Positions 38,001 through 50,800 of a DNA stretch of 64,000 nucleotides are shown in pieces. The stretch is from contig CM052817.1 of NCBI GenBank assembly GCA_028534125.1, positions 78,246,001-78,310,000 of the forward strand. Reading direction: 5' to 3'. A program made the position numbers and the translations under genes. Position 1 is the first letter of the stretch, and each line of letters starts with the position of its first letter. Under the pieces are notes generated by a model, which was given only the letters and a program-made list of their open reading frames with translations, did no database searches and was not told where the DNA came from. This DNA comes from Lama glama. Taxonomy: Eukaryota.

Positions 38001-40944
38001 GTGGTGCCTCAGTTATTACATCTTCTATGAATATACTTGATGGACAAACTTTTCTTCAACTTGTCTTGCTCAAAGCTGTAACAAGGCCAGAGTGTCTGTG
38101 CTGTTAATGAAATAACTTCCATGTGAACAACTGGGATATCAAACACAATCTGAGAGAAGAAACTCACTAAAGAGGACACAGATGTACAAATAAGTTCTCT
38201 CTCTCTCTTACACATACAAAATTGTGTTAGAATTAAAAATTATTTCTTGTTACAAATTAATTTCATTTGATTACTTTTTCTAGATCCAGGCATTTTATAG
38301 CAATTAATATTTACCCTATAGCTTTTGCCAGGTGATCATTTCCTATTTCTAAATTTAAAAGAAAAATCTTAAAAACCTCATGAAGCAGAGGCTCATTAAT
38401 TTCTTAAATATGAATCATGAATTTCTTAAATGCATGGATTCCATTTTCTTAAGTTATAAATCTCTCCACTGTGAAATTTCTAAATAAACAAAAATTTTGT
38501 AAGTTTTGAGTTTCCCATTTTCCCACCTGCTACAGCAGTGGCTGACTTTCTCCTGTTGGATGTACTACAAACGGGCAGAGATGGAATGGGCAGCTTGTAA
38601 CTTAAAAGGCTGCATTATACTTTTAAAGGATTTCGGGCAATGTCATTTAACCCTCAATTTTTTCCATCTGCAAAATGTCTCACTAATTTCCAAAGTGGAA
38701 TATGGCGCCTTAAGTGAAAGGAAAGATCATCTGCAGTCAGCCTCCCTCCAGTCTGCACCTTGGCAAGACCCATCTGCCAAACCTTCCCCGACAAGGCACA
38801 GAGCTCCACCGCGGTGGAGCAGGGCTTCTCAGCCTCAGCATTCCTGATATTTAGGAACGAGTTAGTCTTTGTTTTGGGGCGCTGCCCTGTGCATCCACTA
38901 GAAGTCAAGAGCACCCCCACCCAAGCTGGGACTACTCCAAGTACCTCCGGATGTTGCCAGAGGCACCCTGAGTGGCAAAAGCGCAGAAGCACTGCACACG
39001 AGGTGGCTTCTCCAACTGTCTGCAGTGACAGGTTGTGTTTTTCCCAGCGTACTGCTGACTGAGACTTTTGTAAAATATATTTTAAGTGAATTACTAAAAC
39101 AATGAACATGCACTTACAGGGGCAGCAATGTCAACATGCTGTAGAAGTTCTAACACTTCCTCACAATTTCTGTGCTTATCATAGACCAGAAGTAGAGAGT
39201 TGGCGGGCCAGAACTGTTTTTTTGAGCCATATTTTGAACAGCACTGGTCTAGGAAAAAAATCTCTTTGATCAAAGGATGTCCATGATTCAATTTTGTCAT
39301 CATCCAAGTGAACAAATTCTGTAATATAATTATACTTAAACCTTGAATTAAATATTATTTTGATATTACACATAAAAATCCCAAGCTTTCTGGTTGGAGG
39401 TAGTGGGGAGGTTATAATGGGGAAAGAAAAAGTGGGTGAACCTGGGTGAGGGTACATGGAGATGTATTATCCTAGCCTCTCTACTTCTGTAAGTTTGAAA
39501 TTTTCCTTATAAAATGTTAAAAAAATTTTAAATTGCTTTCATGTTATTTTAAGACTTAAAATATCACTATTCTCCTTCTGCTTCAGAGATCCTGCCTTTT
39601 TTTAGAAGGACCATCTCCGATCTCAGGAAGACGGATGGCGTAGAAATTGAACCATCTTAGAAGTCAGAAGCACCGTCTCAGAAGTGGCTTCTCAGAGACA
39701 CCCGGTGCTCCCTTGACGGGCCCTGCTGTCGGCCGGAGAAATGCGGCCAGGCGAGCAGCTCACTCCAGAGGGCCAGCTCCTGGGACGCCGAGGCCCTTTA
39801 CACAGAGATGCGTCCCGACTGGAGGGTTTCTTGTGGCTGCCTGTGGAGCGGGCTGGCGTCTGTACCTCGCTAGGTGCCTCCCCTGACAGATGCTCCAAGA
39901 ATGGAGGACAGCTGCAGGCAGCGGCCCGCAGTGGCTCTGACCACCGACCAGAGGTCAGCCTCGACGTGTGCTCCTCAGGGTGGCATAAACTGTGAAGCCC
40001 TCATGGAAATTGCCCGATTTTCCCTAGGAGCCAACTAATTCTTTTAGTCACACTGGCTTTGTGACCCTAAGTGGAGAGCCTGGTCCTAGGAAACATCCAA
40101 GTCTCCGCAGAACTGCAGGCAGAATTTAGAGGAGGGTTTGCCAGGGTGGCCCCATGGGCTGCTATTACACACAGCTAAGGGGACAGCCCCACGGCCCGCA
40201 GGACAGCCTGCCTTATATCTTAACAGCCCCGTTCCTGCAAGTTCAAGTGCCACCAGCTGCACACAATCAAAATGCACCGAGTTTCTCTCTAACGAGCAGC
40301 CTCCCCTAGAAAAGGTCTTTTACAGATGTTTATAGCTTCTGTGACTTTTTATTCACCGTCTTATTTTTATAGCTGGTGTGATCTTTCAACATATGACAAA
40401 ACATACCTATGGCCTAGTAAACAACGCACCTAAAACTTACAGCTCTTAGGGAAGCCTACAGAAAGCTGGGAGAATATTTAAAGCAGGTTTCTACACAACA
40501 CATCCATAATTGGTTCTGCATTGTAGCTAATGGAAAACACACTTTCTGCAAACTAGGAAAATGAACTGCACGATTCACACATAGAAAACTAAAAATAAGC
40601 GCAGTAAATGGAATATAATTTTTATATCAAAGTGTTGTATTTGGACTTTAAATAGAAACAAAGAAGCACTCAGTCTCTTCTCAATTAATCCACTCCTGAG
40701 GCCCACAGAATACTCTGCGTGAGTGTCCCGGCTGGAAGAAAGTCGTATCACTGAAGGCCTGGAGGTAACAGAAGACCTCTGGCATAAAGCAAGCAAAGAA
40801 TTGCCCAAAGTAGTTCAAAAACCTTGTTTTCTCGTGGCCACAGGGGTGACACAAACTGGTCCATTTGGAAGAGTAAGATAAACGGACTGAACTAGTTTCC
40901 CTCGTATTTTCACTCTCGTGATCTCTAGCCCTGGGGATTTTATA

Positions 40945-41275
40945 GCTGCCTGCACATTCAAACCACCTGAGAATTTTTTGTGAAATATTGCTGCCTGGGC
41001 CCCACCCCCAGAAACTGATTTAACAGGTCTGGACATGGCTAGATATTGGTGTTTTTTAAAAGCTCCCAAGGTGCTGCTTCTTTACCGTTTGTTTTTTTTT
41101 TTTTGAGGGGGTGGGGATCATGTTTATTTATTTATTTATCTTAATGGAGGTACTGGGGACGGAACCCAGGACCTTGTGCCTGCTAAGCACACTCTGCCAC
41201 TGAGCTGTAACCCCCACTCCCGCCCCGCCCTACCCCAAGGCGCTTCTTCTGATGTGCAACCAGGAGCGAGAACTT
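40945..41275. mobile_element. MER5-like hAT MITE interrupted by a SINE
   Basis: tgcacattcaaaccacctgagaatttttt..gggccccacccccagaaactgatttaacaggtctgg..aaaagctcccaaggtg, resuming tgatgtgcaaccagg..gagaac. Confidence 0.7.
41081..41233 (-). mobile_element. tRNA-Ala-derived SINE (Vic-1-like) with degenerate 16-bp TSD
   Basis: ggaacccaggaccttgtgcctgctaagcac..ccactgagctgtaaccccc. Flanks cccaaggtgctgcttc (41065-41080) and cccaaggcgcttcttc (41234-41249). Confidence 0.85.
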
Positions 41276-41699
41276 CTCTCAAGTACTAACTGTAATGGAA
41301 ATAACCACTAGGCAGCAACAATCCCTTGGATTGCCCCTTCTCCTACCACTCCTCCTCCTTTACTCCCAGGGCACTACTGCGCACATCAACAGACTGCTTG
41401 CTTCATGGCTGACAAAGTGCTACGAACTTTTAAGGATTTTTTTCCCCATTCAATTGTTAAGCAAGGCTGCAAATTTGGTATGGTTGTTCTCACTGAGCAG
41501 ATGACGAAATATTCACTTTAAAACATGACCAAGGTTACACAATCGGGCAGAGAGGCCAGAACTCAAAAACAAGGCAGCCTTCCTCCAGGGCTGGAGGCAT
41601 CCGCCCCGCCCCGCCCCACCCCGCGGTCAGGCGCTCTGGAAGAGGTGCCTCCCAGGCCCAGCCAAGACGGCATCTCGACCAGGCTAAACTTTGGCCTGA

Positions 41700-41866
41700 A
41701 ACCTCCCTGCACATGGAATCACCTGGGAGCTTCAAAAACTGCTCCTGCCAGTGACCCTTTCCTCCAGAGGGTGCAACTTCACTGCTCTGGGGTGTGGCTT
41801 GGGCTTCCCCATGTTTAAAGGATCCCCAGGTGATTTTAAATATGAAGACCCTTTGGGAAGCACTGG
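41700..41866. mobile_element. MER5-like hAT MITE
   Basis: tgcacatggaatcacctgggagcttcaaaaa...tccccaggtgattttaaatatg..tttgggaagcactg, with quasi-palindromic arms. Confidence 0.7.
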
Positions 41867-44800
41867 GCTAAAGCCAATGATGGCAATTCCATGTCCTCTG
41901 CAGTAGTGGGTTTAGACTGGAGCATGTGACATGACTGGTTACTGAAGAGAGTATGTCTGCTGGGGATTCGGAGAAAGGCCTCTTCTGCCTGCTGAGGCCG
42001 ACTGTGTCCCGAGGTGATGCCTGAGCGGCTGCTCAGGACCTGGCTGAGGACGGCAGGAGAGACGGAGGACCTGGGCCACTGCAGGCCTTGTTGAACCACT
42101 GCATGGACCAGCCTCTGAAATTCTTGTCATGGGACTATAGTTAAAGACCTTTTAAGTTACACTTTTCGTTACTTATCATGAAAGCCTTCCCTGTCTTCCA
42201 CGTCTTCCCAATCGCATCATATTCCAACAGTCCTATAGCCCAGGGATGGAGTGCTTCTAGCTCAGATCGAAGCATGACACTATATATCAATGAACAAGAA
42301 ACTGAAAGTCAGCGGGTGGCTATTGAAAATGATAACATACAACACAGTCTAAGAACCCCAGTCTGAAAATGGAGGCGAGGGTTCTTTTGGACAGCAGCAT
42401 TTTTCTTATACACATAAAGGGAGTTCAAAAGGAGCTGAAAATACATTTGCTGATAAGAATTCTGAGAATACGAGGTCTGTGCATTGTAAAAAATGTTCTT
42501 TGTAATCTTTGGAAGAAAATGAGTGCTGGTCAAGTGAAAGTATTATTTATCTAAAGGGAAACTATTTTACTTCCTCTGCATAATGTTTGTTTAGATTTAT
42601 TTTTTTCTTAAAAATTCTATAAAATAAGACTAACCATATGAACAGGAATATTTTATAGTAAGGAAAAATTATGCTCACTATCTTAAAAATCACAAATCAA
42701 ACTTTGAAATATAAATGCAAATTATATAAAAATAGAAGGAAAAGAAAAGAGAAGGGAAATACATATGGTCAAAAATATAGAAGAAATACACATACACAGA
42801 CAGAAATTTATACAGTGTCCAAGGCAAAAATGCTGAGTTTCAAGTAACAATACAAATGGAAGCCAATTATGAAAACAGCTCGTCAGAGCTGTGAGAGCAC
42901 AGGCTGGTAATACAACTGCCTTATTCTCTTGTCACATATTGTCTTCAACATTTTTGGTTGTTGTATCTCCAAAATTTACTACTAAAAATCAAAGTATGTC
43001 TCACGAGTTGAACACAGCCTATCTTGTTTTCGCATGTTCCATGGAGCTTCATTTACTAGTGGGATGTTCCTAAAAAAAAATCTATAGTCTCAGACACAGG
43101 GATTCACCACCAAAGGCAAATTTAGGAAGAAAAAATATTAACCACTTCCTCTAAAAAGCTTCTTTCCTACATTTGAACTAGCATTTTAAGCTTACAAGCC
43201 CATTAACTTAAATGTTTCAAGCTCTACTGACAAGTGAGCTGACAGCAATCAAGATAATTCCCATGATTAGATGATGATGTAATCGAGAGTAAATTTATCA
43301 GCAAAAGTTCCCCATTCGTATTGATCAAGACATTGTGTTAGGACCTGTGGGAAACACAAGGAGGTTTAAAATGCGCCCCTTGTCTTCAAGGAGAGTCCAC
43401 AAATCTGCAGAGCAAAGACAAGGCAGGTGGAGTGGATGGAGCTGAGGTGTACTTGTCCATCAGCCTTAAGCTTCTGTGGCTACACAACTTGAAACACAGT
43501 ATTGAGCCCATACCAAATGTCCCTGTCCACTGAGGGGGCATACTATAGGGGTACAGAGGAGGAGGTGAAATGAGAACTCAGTACAGTCACAGACTCTACA
43601 TTTAAGAGGCAGATCCAATCAGTCCACAGAGACTTGATTTAATTCAACCTGCCTACTTCCAAAAATAACAAGCACACTTTCTGACATATGTGATGGTGGC
43701 AAGTGTAATCCATCTTGAATAAAACCGTAACGTTTATTCAGAGGTCTGTAGGAGAAAGGAATTATGTAAATGCACAGCCTTAGAAAAGGGATATCTAATT
43801 CTAAAGGAATAACATACTTATCCCATTACACAATTTTGCAAATAATAAGAACACAGCAGAAAGGTGCTATCACACATGCAACTAATTCAACCATGGCCAA
43901 CAGAGCAGTCATTTCAGCCAAGCTCATGTCAACAAGTGAAACAAAACCATCAAGGAGTGGGCAGAAGTCAGAGGAAATCATATCATCAATATAAATTACA
44001 TCTCTGAATCAACACACTGCACAGATGGCAGGGAGCTAGTAGCAGAAACCAGCCCCTTTCAAGCCTCGAAAACACTGAGAAAAACAGCCTGTCTATTTGC
44101 ACAGGTGAGGATTCCATAACTGTCCTGGCAGAGATCTTGTTATATTTGAATGTACTCGAGTCATAAAATGTTTTGACAAAAAGTAAGTCATCCTAAAATG
44201 TTAAAAAAAAAAAGACACAACAGGATTACTGTAATAGTGGGATCATTTTTGTGTGCCAAATTTGAATATCATGAACATTTTTTAATTCCAAAGGTAACTG
44301 CAGAGCATTATTCCTATTCATAAAATGAGCATCTTCACTCTTTACCATTTTTATCTGATACAGTTCTGTTCAGTAAGTAAATCTGAGCTCAATCTTCTTT
44401 CACAAATGGGTGAGTTTTTGTGAAAACTTCTGGGAATCTCTGGTGGTACTACACAGACCCCAGTAGGCTGATGTGACTTCATACCTTCCCCGGAACACCA
44501 GTCCCTTCAGAGCATGCTAACAAGTAAGAGTTGCCAGTACAATCCCTAGTTTGTTCTCTCTCTTTTTATAAGTGCAGTGGCAACGGTTTTTCTACTAGTA
44601 GCCAGATATTGTCTGAGTCAAACCAACATAAATAATATGCTTGGCGGAAGATGCGGTTACCGTAATTCTTATTTTGCACATAAAGGAACCAGGCCATGAT
44701 GAGGCCCACATGCTCAGAGACCCGTTCAGTGGGGGCATGTGTTTCTTTCCTATCAGATAAAGTACAGAACCAATCTCCAAAGACCCCCCTGCAGACAGGG

Positions 44801-47800
44801 ACAAAAACATACACCCAAGACACAACAATGAGGCTGGGGAGGGGAGCAGTCTTGCCTAAGAAGGAACAGCCATGGAGCACGCAGAGCCGCAGCACTGGCA
44901 ACGGCTCCTGACAGGACAGATGTGGGAGAGCGCACTCATGTCCTGCCAATGGGGGAATGGAAACAGAATTTAATACTTAAAAAATTCAAAATTCAGGCAC
45001 TCAGTCATATACTACTTGGTGATAAACTGTCCCGCATGTTAAAGACTATATTGTAGATGGAATGTCATTTTTTGGGCAATGATTTGGTACACTGCTTACA
45101 TGTCTAAAAACACATGTTAATTTTAGTTCCTTCACTTCTGTTGCCTCTACAAAGCCAAATATATGTAATAGATCAGTCAGGCACAACCATTCCAGCAAAA
45201 CGTTCACTGTAACTTAACACGGGCGGAGTGAACCGAATACGTTCATTCACTGAATAGAAAGTTGCTGCAACAGCAAACTCTGTGCATAAGAAAGGTGCTT
45301 GTGTCTACATGTGTGTACACAATACATGCACATACAAGTATGGTGTGCACGGTAATGACACAGGTTTGAGTTAATGTAATTCAGATTAAGTCAGTGTAAT
45401 GCACATGGAGACTAGTCTGAGAAGCCTCTAGAACTGCCCCACTGATGTGCTGGCTTTGGGGGCTGGGATCCAGCTCGCCTCTGGTATGAATACTCTGGGA
45501 CGGTTGAGACCTGGGTCAAGCCCAGTGCCATGGGCTTTAGAGGTCCGCAGCCAGCACTCAGGGAGCCTCCAGAGAGGTCCTAAAGCTTGCGGCGGTTCTC
45601 AAATGTCTTCACTTTTTGCTGAGGCAGAAAATACTTTATACTCTGAAAGTACCACGGAGGAGCTTCAGACCATCGGTTTTCCATCCTTATAAGGATCGGT
45701 TCTCGGACGAGTGGTTTATGTTACTCACAGCTTGGCCGAGCTCGACCACTGACCCTGAAGTGAGGGGCTTCAGATCTGATTACTAGGCCCCAAAGCCTCT
45801 TGCCCATTCGCCCTGCTTCACACTTTCCAGAACACCAAGTCTCAAATCAGTAATCTCTCCTACGCAAGTTACAGTCCGGCGTCAAGGCCCCAGGCAACCA
45901 GTGCCATCATAATCACTGTAAATCACGGTTTACAAAGGCAAAGAAAAACCTTAGGAACACAATCATCTCTCTGATATGTCTTTAAAATCTTATACTATAA
46001 ACACTAACATATAAGTAACATTTAGTGACAAAAATGTATTTGAGAAACTGCTCTCAATTCTGGTTCCTGTTATTTCTATTTATAACCTCAAGCATACAGT
46101 TATAGAGGAAACTAAATTGAAAAAAATATAAACATTTATTTTTATATATTTATAAAATTACACAATTATATATAATTTTATATTTCTATCACATATAAAT
46201 TATTTATCACATAATTATATTATATGTTATATATATTACATAATATATTTTTCTGATTCTGTTTCTACACAATAATGATTTCAGAGAACAGTTAGTTACA
46301 TTTAATAGTATCCAAAAGTTCATAAAAACAAAAAACTCCGTTTGTTTTTTTTCCTTTAAGTGAATGCCTGCTTTCATTTTGTGAGCACATGACATCATAG
46401 AACTCAGTAAAGTCATTTTTTTTTTGGTACAAATTCATCTTACCCTTTCCACCAAGCAACATCCACCCCCACGTATGTACTCTGCCCAGTGTTGCATTAC
46501 AAGCATGGCATCAACCTTTTAATATTCATACTTAGATACCCTCCAGAAGAACTGAAGTCACAAGAAAGGGCAGCACCCACATTATACAGACTTCCCATAA
46601 CAAGGAGAGAAACCAAGTAGAACATATATATGAGAAATACACTTTGACTGGAAAATAGCCATATCTGTGTCAAAAAATAATTTACAATTGAGAACAGAAC
46701 TGAAAATGAGATGAGACTTGAAGGAAAAGAATGGAATTTTACATGTTTAAGTCAATGTTAAAATGTTAAATAAAGACATGTTAAAGCAGCATGTTGAAAC
46801 AGTCCTCAAAAGCAGCGGAGCTAACGCCCACTAGAAACTATGCATTGAGGACCCCAGAAGGATGCAATTTTCTCTCTAATGACCCATAAGTGATACAGAG
46901 AATAAGGACTTAGTCTTGGATAAAATAAGAAAGAGATAACCAGAGCCTCCATTTTTCTCAGGGGAAGCAGGTTTTTACTTTAATCTAAATACAGTTTGGG
47001 TCAGCCAAACTGTAAATGATACTCATGTTCTTAGAACCACTAACTGCCTCTTCCAGAATGAAAAAGAAATCAAAGAACAAAGCTTCTTTTATGGAGAAAA
47101 AGGGACCATCCACTATGATAATTTAAATCGAAACCAAAACAAATACCTTGTATCCTAAAAGCCCTGTTTCCTTCATGAATTTAAGAATAAATTTCACTGT
47201 CAGACAGAGAAATACTAAAATCAAAGCATTTAAAAAGTACTGACAACCTCCTGGAGATGAAGGCAGCAGGACTGAGGCCTGACAGGTCCTCCAAAGCCAC
47301 GCCCACAAGGCCTGACCACTGATCCTGTTACCAACTTGCTGCGTGACCTTGGAAGTCATTCTTGGCCTAAATGGATCTTCCTGAAAAAATATTATACGCA
47401 AAATAGCTAACTTCAAAGATCTGAAAGGTTCTTAACATTGAAAATGCTGTTTTAATTTCCAATGATGCAGAGAATCTGCAACATGAGGGATTTAGGTAAA
47501 ATGTGAGGAATAACTCTCCTACATGGAAATTTCACTTATTAAAATGGATTGCAAGGGACATGAAATATCTCTCCCTGGTGGCTTTCAAAATATTAACAAT
47601 ATTTTCCTGAAAATAGTTTAAAAAGTACAAGTGAAGGAAAAAAGCCTGTAGAGGTCATAGTGGTACTGTTGGATAATTTTCTATGAAGGGTGCCTTTGTG
47701 ACAGTCATGTTGGGGCATTTCTCCAGCCAGACATGACAGCATGACTCCTGGGGACCTTGCAAAGGGCGGCTGGCAGGGAGCAGTCCAGTGGGCCTAACGA

Positions 47801-50800
47801 GCTTCTGTAGCAGTATTCTTAGAATTTTTTCAAAAGACTGGTTCTTGCACTGTGGTACATAATCCTTAGAACATCCCGGTAGCTATATACACGGTCATAA
47901 AGAATGACGTCTTCAGTGAGGAGGAGATCTCACTTCCAGTCTTCGTGCTGCTCAGTACTAGTCGTACGACTCTGGACAAACTACTTATTCTTTCAAGCCT
48001 CACTTCCCTCGTTTGTAACATAATATATTATATCTATTTCATAGGCTTTTGCTTATCAAAATGCTTGGCCCATAATAAGAATTCAATAAGGGTACTTAAT
48101 ATATTAATCTGCTTTCTTCTATGTATTATCAAAATATGTATATGAATAATGTAATTAAAAATTGAAAAAGGCACACAAATTATGAAATATAACTGAGGTG
48201 ACTTTATAAAGAAAGGAAATTACGTACGAACCTCAATACAGCATTGTTCTTGAAATCTATTAATGGGACCCTAGATAGTCATTTATTTCAGATTCTTACG
48301 ATACTTTAGTAATTTAAATTCTCTGAATAGAGCCCAAGATGAATATTAAACTCTGTTTCAGAGAGAAAATAGTATAGAAGTGTATTACTTTCCTAAAACT
48401 AACGGCATCATTGCTTTTAAAAATTAATTGCATATTGTCTGTCTTAAAAATAAAGAAAAATTCTCTTTATGCATTTCAGACAATATCTACTTTCCTTTAA
48501 ATTTTGAAGTATGTTATTAATGTCTAAAGATAACATAGTGGTGGCGAAGCAGCAATAAGCTTGAATGCTAAATATTTATAGAGTTTGATTTTAGCTAAAT
48601 CTGCAAACTGTTCTCCATTATCCTCTTTGCCGATACACCAAGTTCACAAAGGAGTTCAGCAGACAGCCCTGAAACACCTACATTATTACTACAAACGGGC
48701 CTACCCCCGCCAAAGAGATGATGTTCTCTGACAGCACTCTGCCCCCACCCCCGCCCCACCAGGCACAGTTCAGTCAGATCCCGGTTCCGCTTCGACAACG
48801 TGTCAGTTTTCCACTGCGGGTACCGGGGAAAGGAAGATGGCTGGACTAAAACGTCACTGACTTAGCCCCATGATAACTGACACTTGATGGCCAGTTCAGC
48901 AAATACCTAATGACTTCTTACTATTTAGAAAGTCTCCCTTTTTATGGAAAAGATACATAAATATCAATAAGGATAAGTATAAAATTCTAAGACTTACAGC
49001 TACATTGCTGAATGATCAAGTGAATAAATGAACTGAGCTCTAAGGGGAAAAATAAAGGAAAGAAAAACTATGACACAGAAGTAAAACGACTGAGCTAATA
49101 CAGTATAATGAATGCATCAGTAAAAGATGTCCACGGCAGAGGCGACAGGAAGGGCTGCAGAGAAACTGATGTCTGACCAGGAGTTTTAAGGAGAGCTAAG
49201 ATCTCTGCAGGGAGAAGGATGGGGGGTTGGGGGGAAGATGACAAAGAAAGAGGCCAGAAAACAAGGGCATTTTATGTGTACCCTCAAGAAATATCGAAGC
49301 AGATGCAGAAAAACGTGGTGAGCTGTGGACGAAGGGCCTGCAATCAATACTGGCCGAAGCCTAGAGTGTGTCTGTGCGCTCGGGGAGGGAGGGGCTGGAC
49401 GGGGATCACAGCAGGTGGCGTGGCCGGGAGGGTGAGGGCACCTCGGGCCAGTCTGGGTGCCAGTCTGCAGGCAACGAGGAGCCACTATGGGTTCGGTTTT
49501 GTTTTCTTTAGTAACTGAAACACTTCGAAGTTGACCTTTGTAAGTACTGTCCCGGCAGCCATCCGTGGGACGGGTTAGACCCAGATTTCTTAAGTTGTGT
49601 TTTGTAGAACACAACCCTCGGTGAGATGTGGTAGAAAACACACACACACACACAGACTCTCACTCACTCACTCTGCTCAAATGATGTTGGCAAATGCTAG
49701 GTTAAACAAACTACATGAAGTATCTTCGCTGCTGGACTTCCCAGAATCTGCCATACGTGTCCAGATCATGGAACTCCAGGAGGAAGACAGCACGTGTGAT
49801 TGAAACGCTGAACCCCTTCCTCTCCCTCAGTGGTGGTGTCCCTCTTTCCCCCTGGCTCTCCTTCAGCCTCTTTGGCTGCTCCTTTTTGGTTTCCTTTGGG
49901 AGGATCTTCTGCTGCTCCATCTTTTTTCCCCCCATTCTGTGGAGACTTCAAGAGTGAGCTTTCTACTCCTGCAGACTAACCTTCCATCCATGTTTCTCCT
50001 GACACCTTGCCTCCACCCTTCTTCAGGATGAAGGAGGTACTCCTCCTCTGAGTGTTTATACCCCCCTGGGACTACTTCTCTCAACGTCCCTGCCATGCTC
50101 TGATCATCTCCCCCGACCACCAGAATACTCAAGGGCTCAACCTTTTTCTTAACCCTTCCTTGAATACACAGCACATACCACAGAAGCTGACACAAAATTT
50201 AATTAGGCAAATGAGACCAAATGTATGCTCTCTTCAACCTTAAGAGTTACAATTAGAAACATACCACATCTGTCAAAATTTTTTTCTTTAATCAGGAGTT
50301 CTCTATATATGCAAAAACTGTTTGAAGTCATTGTTACCAAAAGTTGAACAGAAACTGTCACAGAGTGCTCTAAGATAAATTTCTTTGTTTTTAATTTTTA
50401 AGACATTATGTGAGGTAATCAAGAAAGGCCACATGTCATCATAAGTATTTGCAACTTACAACACAGGGGTCTGATTTGATTCCTATTGTTCAGGATAACA
50501 GCAGCATAAATCAGTTAACCAAATATTCCACAAATAATCCTTTCAAATGAAGTTCTGTCTGAATTTTACACTGCTCGTAAGCTCAAATGATAATGAACTC
50601 AAAGCTTCATCAATATCTCATGTTGATGCCAGCTGTGGTAACAGTCCCTCAGGGTAATGTGGCAGATGGGGGAAGAAAAGGCACTCCTATGATATATGTA
50701 TTTGTGTCACCGTACCTTTCTGGAGCAGAAAAGAGTGGATCAGTTCAAATGCTGAAAAGAGCTTTCCCGGCAGGTTTGGAAGGTGGATGGGAGGCAGAGC

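Noticed and set aside
43520..44035. CTCF-like motifs (ccactgagggggca; tgcacagatggcag)
   Set aside because: Mismatches or register shifts in the core; expected by chance without PWM or ChIP support.
44398..44425. 9-bp inverted repeat tttcacaaa/tttgtgaaa
   Set aside because: Short and AT-rich; expected by chance in 64 kb.
49186..49653. Longest ORF in the track (155 aa), and other ORFs over 120 aa at 25172, 38654, 44566, 51028 and 55485
   Set aside because: No domain similarity or consistent exon structure. Several overlap L2/MIR-like decayed repeats, and the lengths are unremarkable for six frames of 64 kb with alternative starts allowed.
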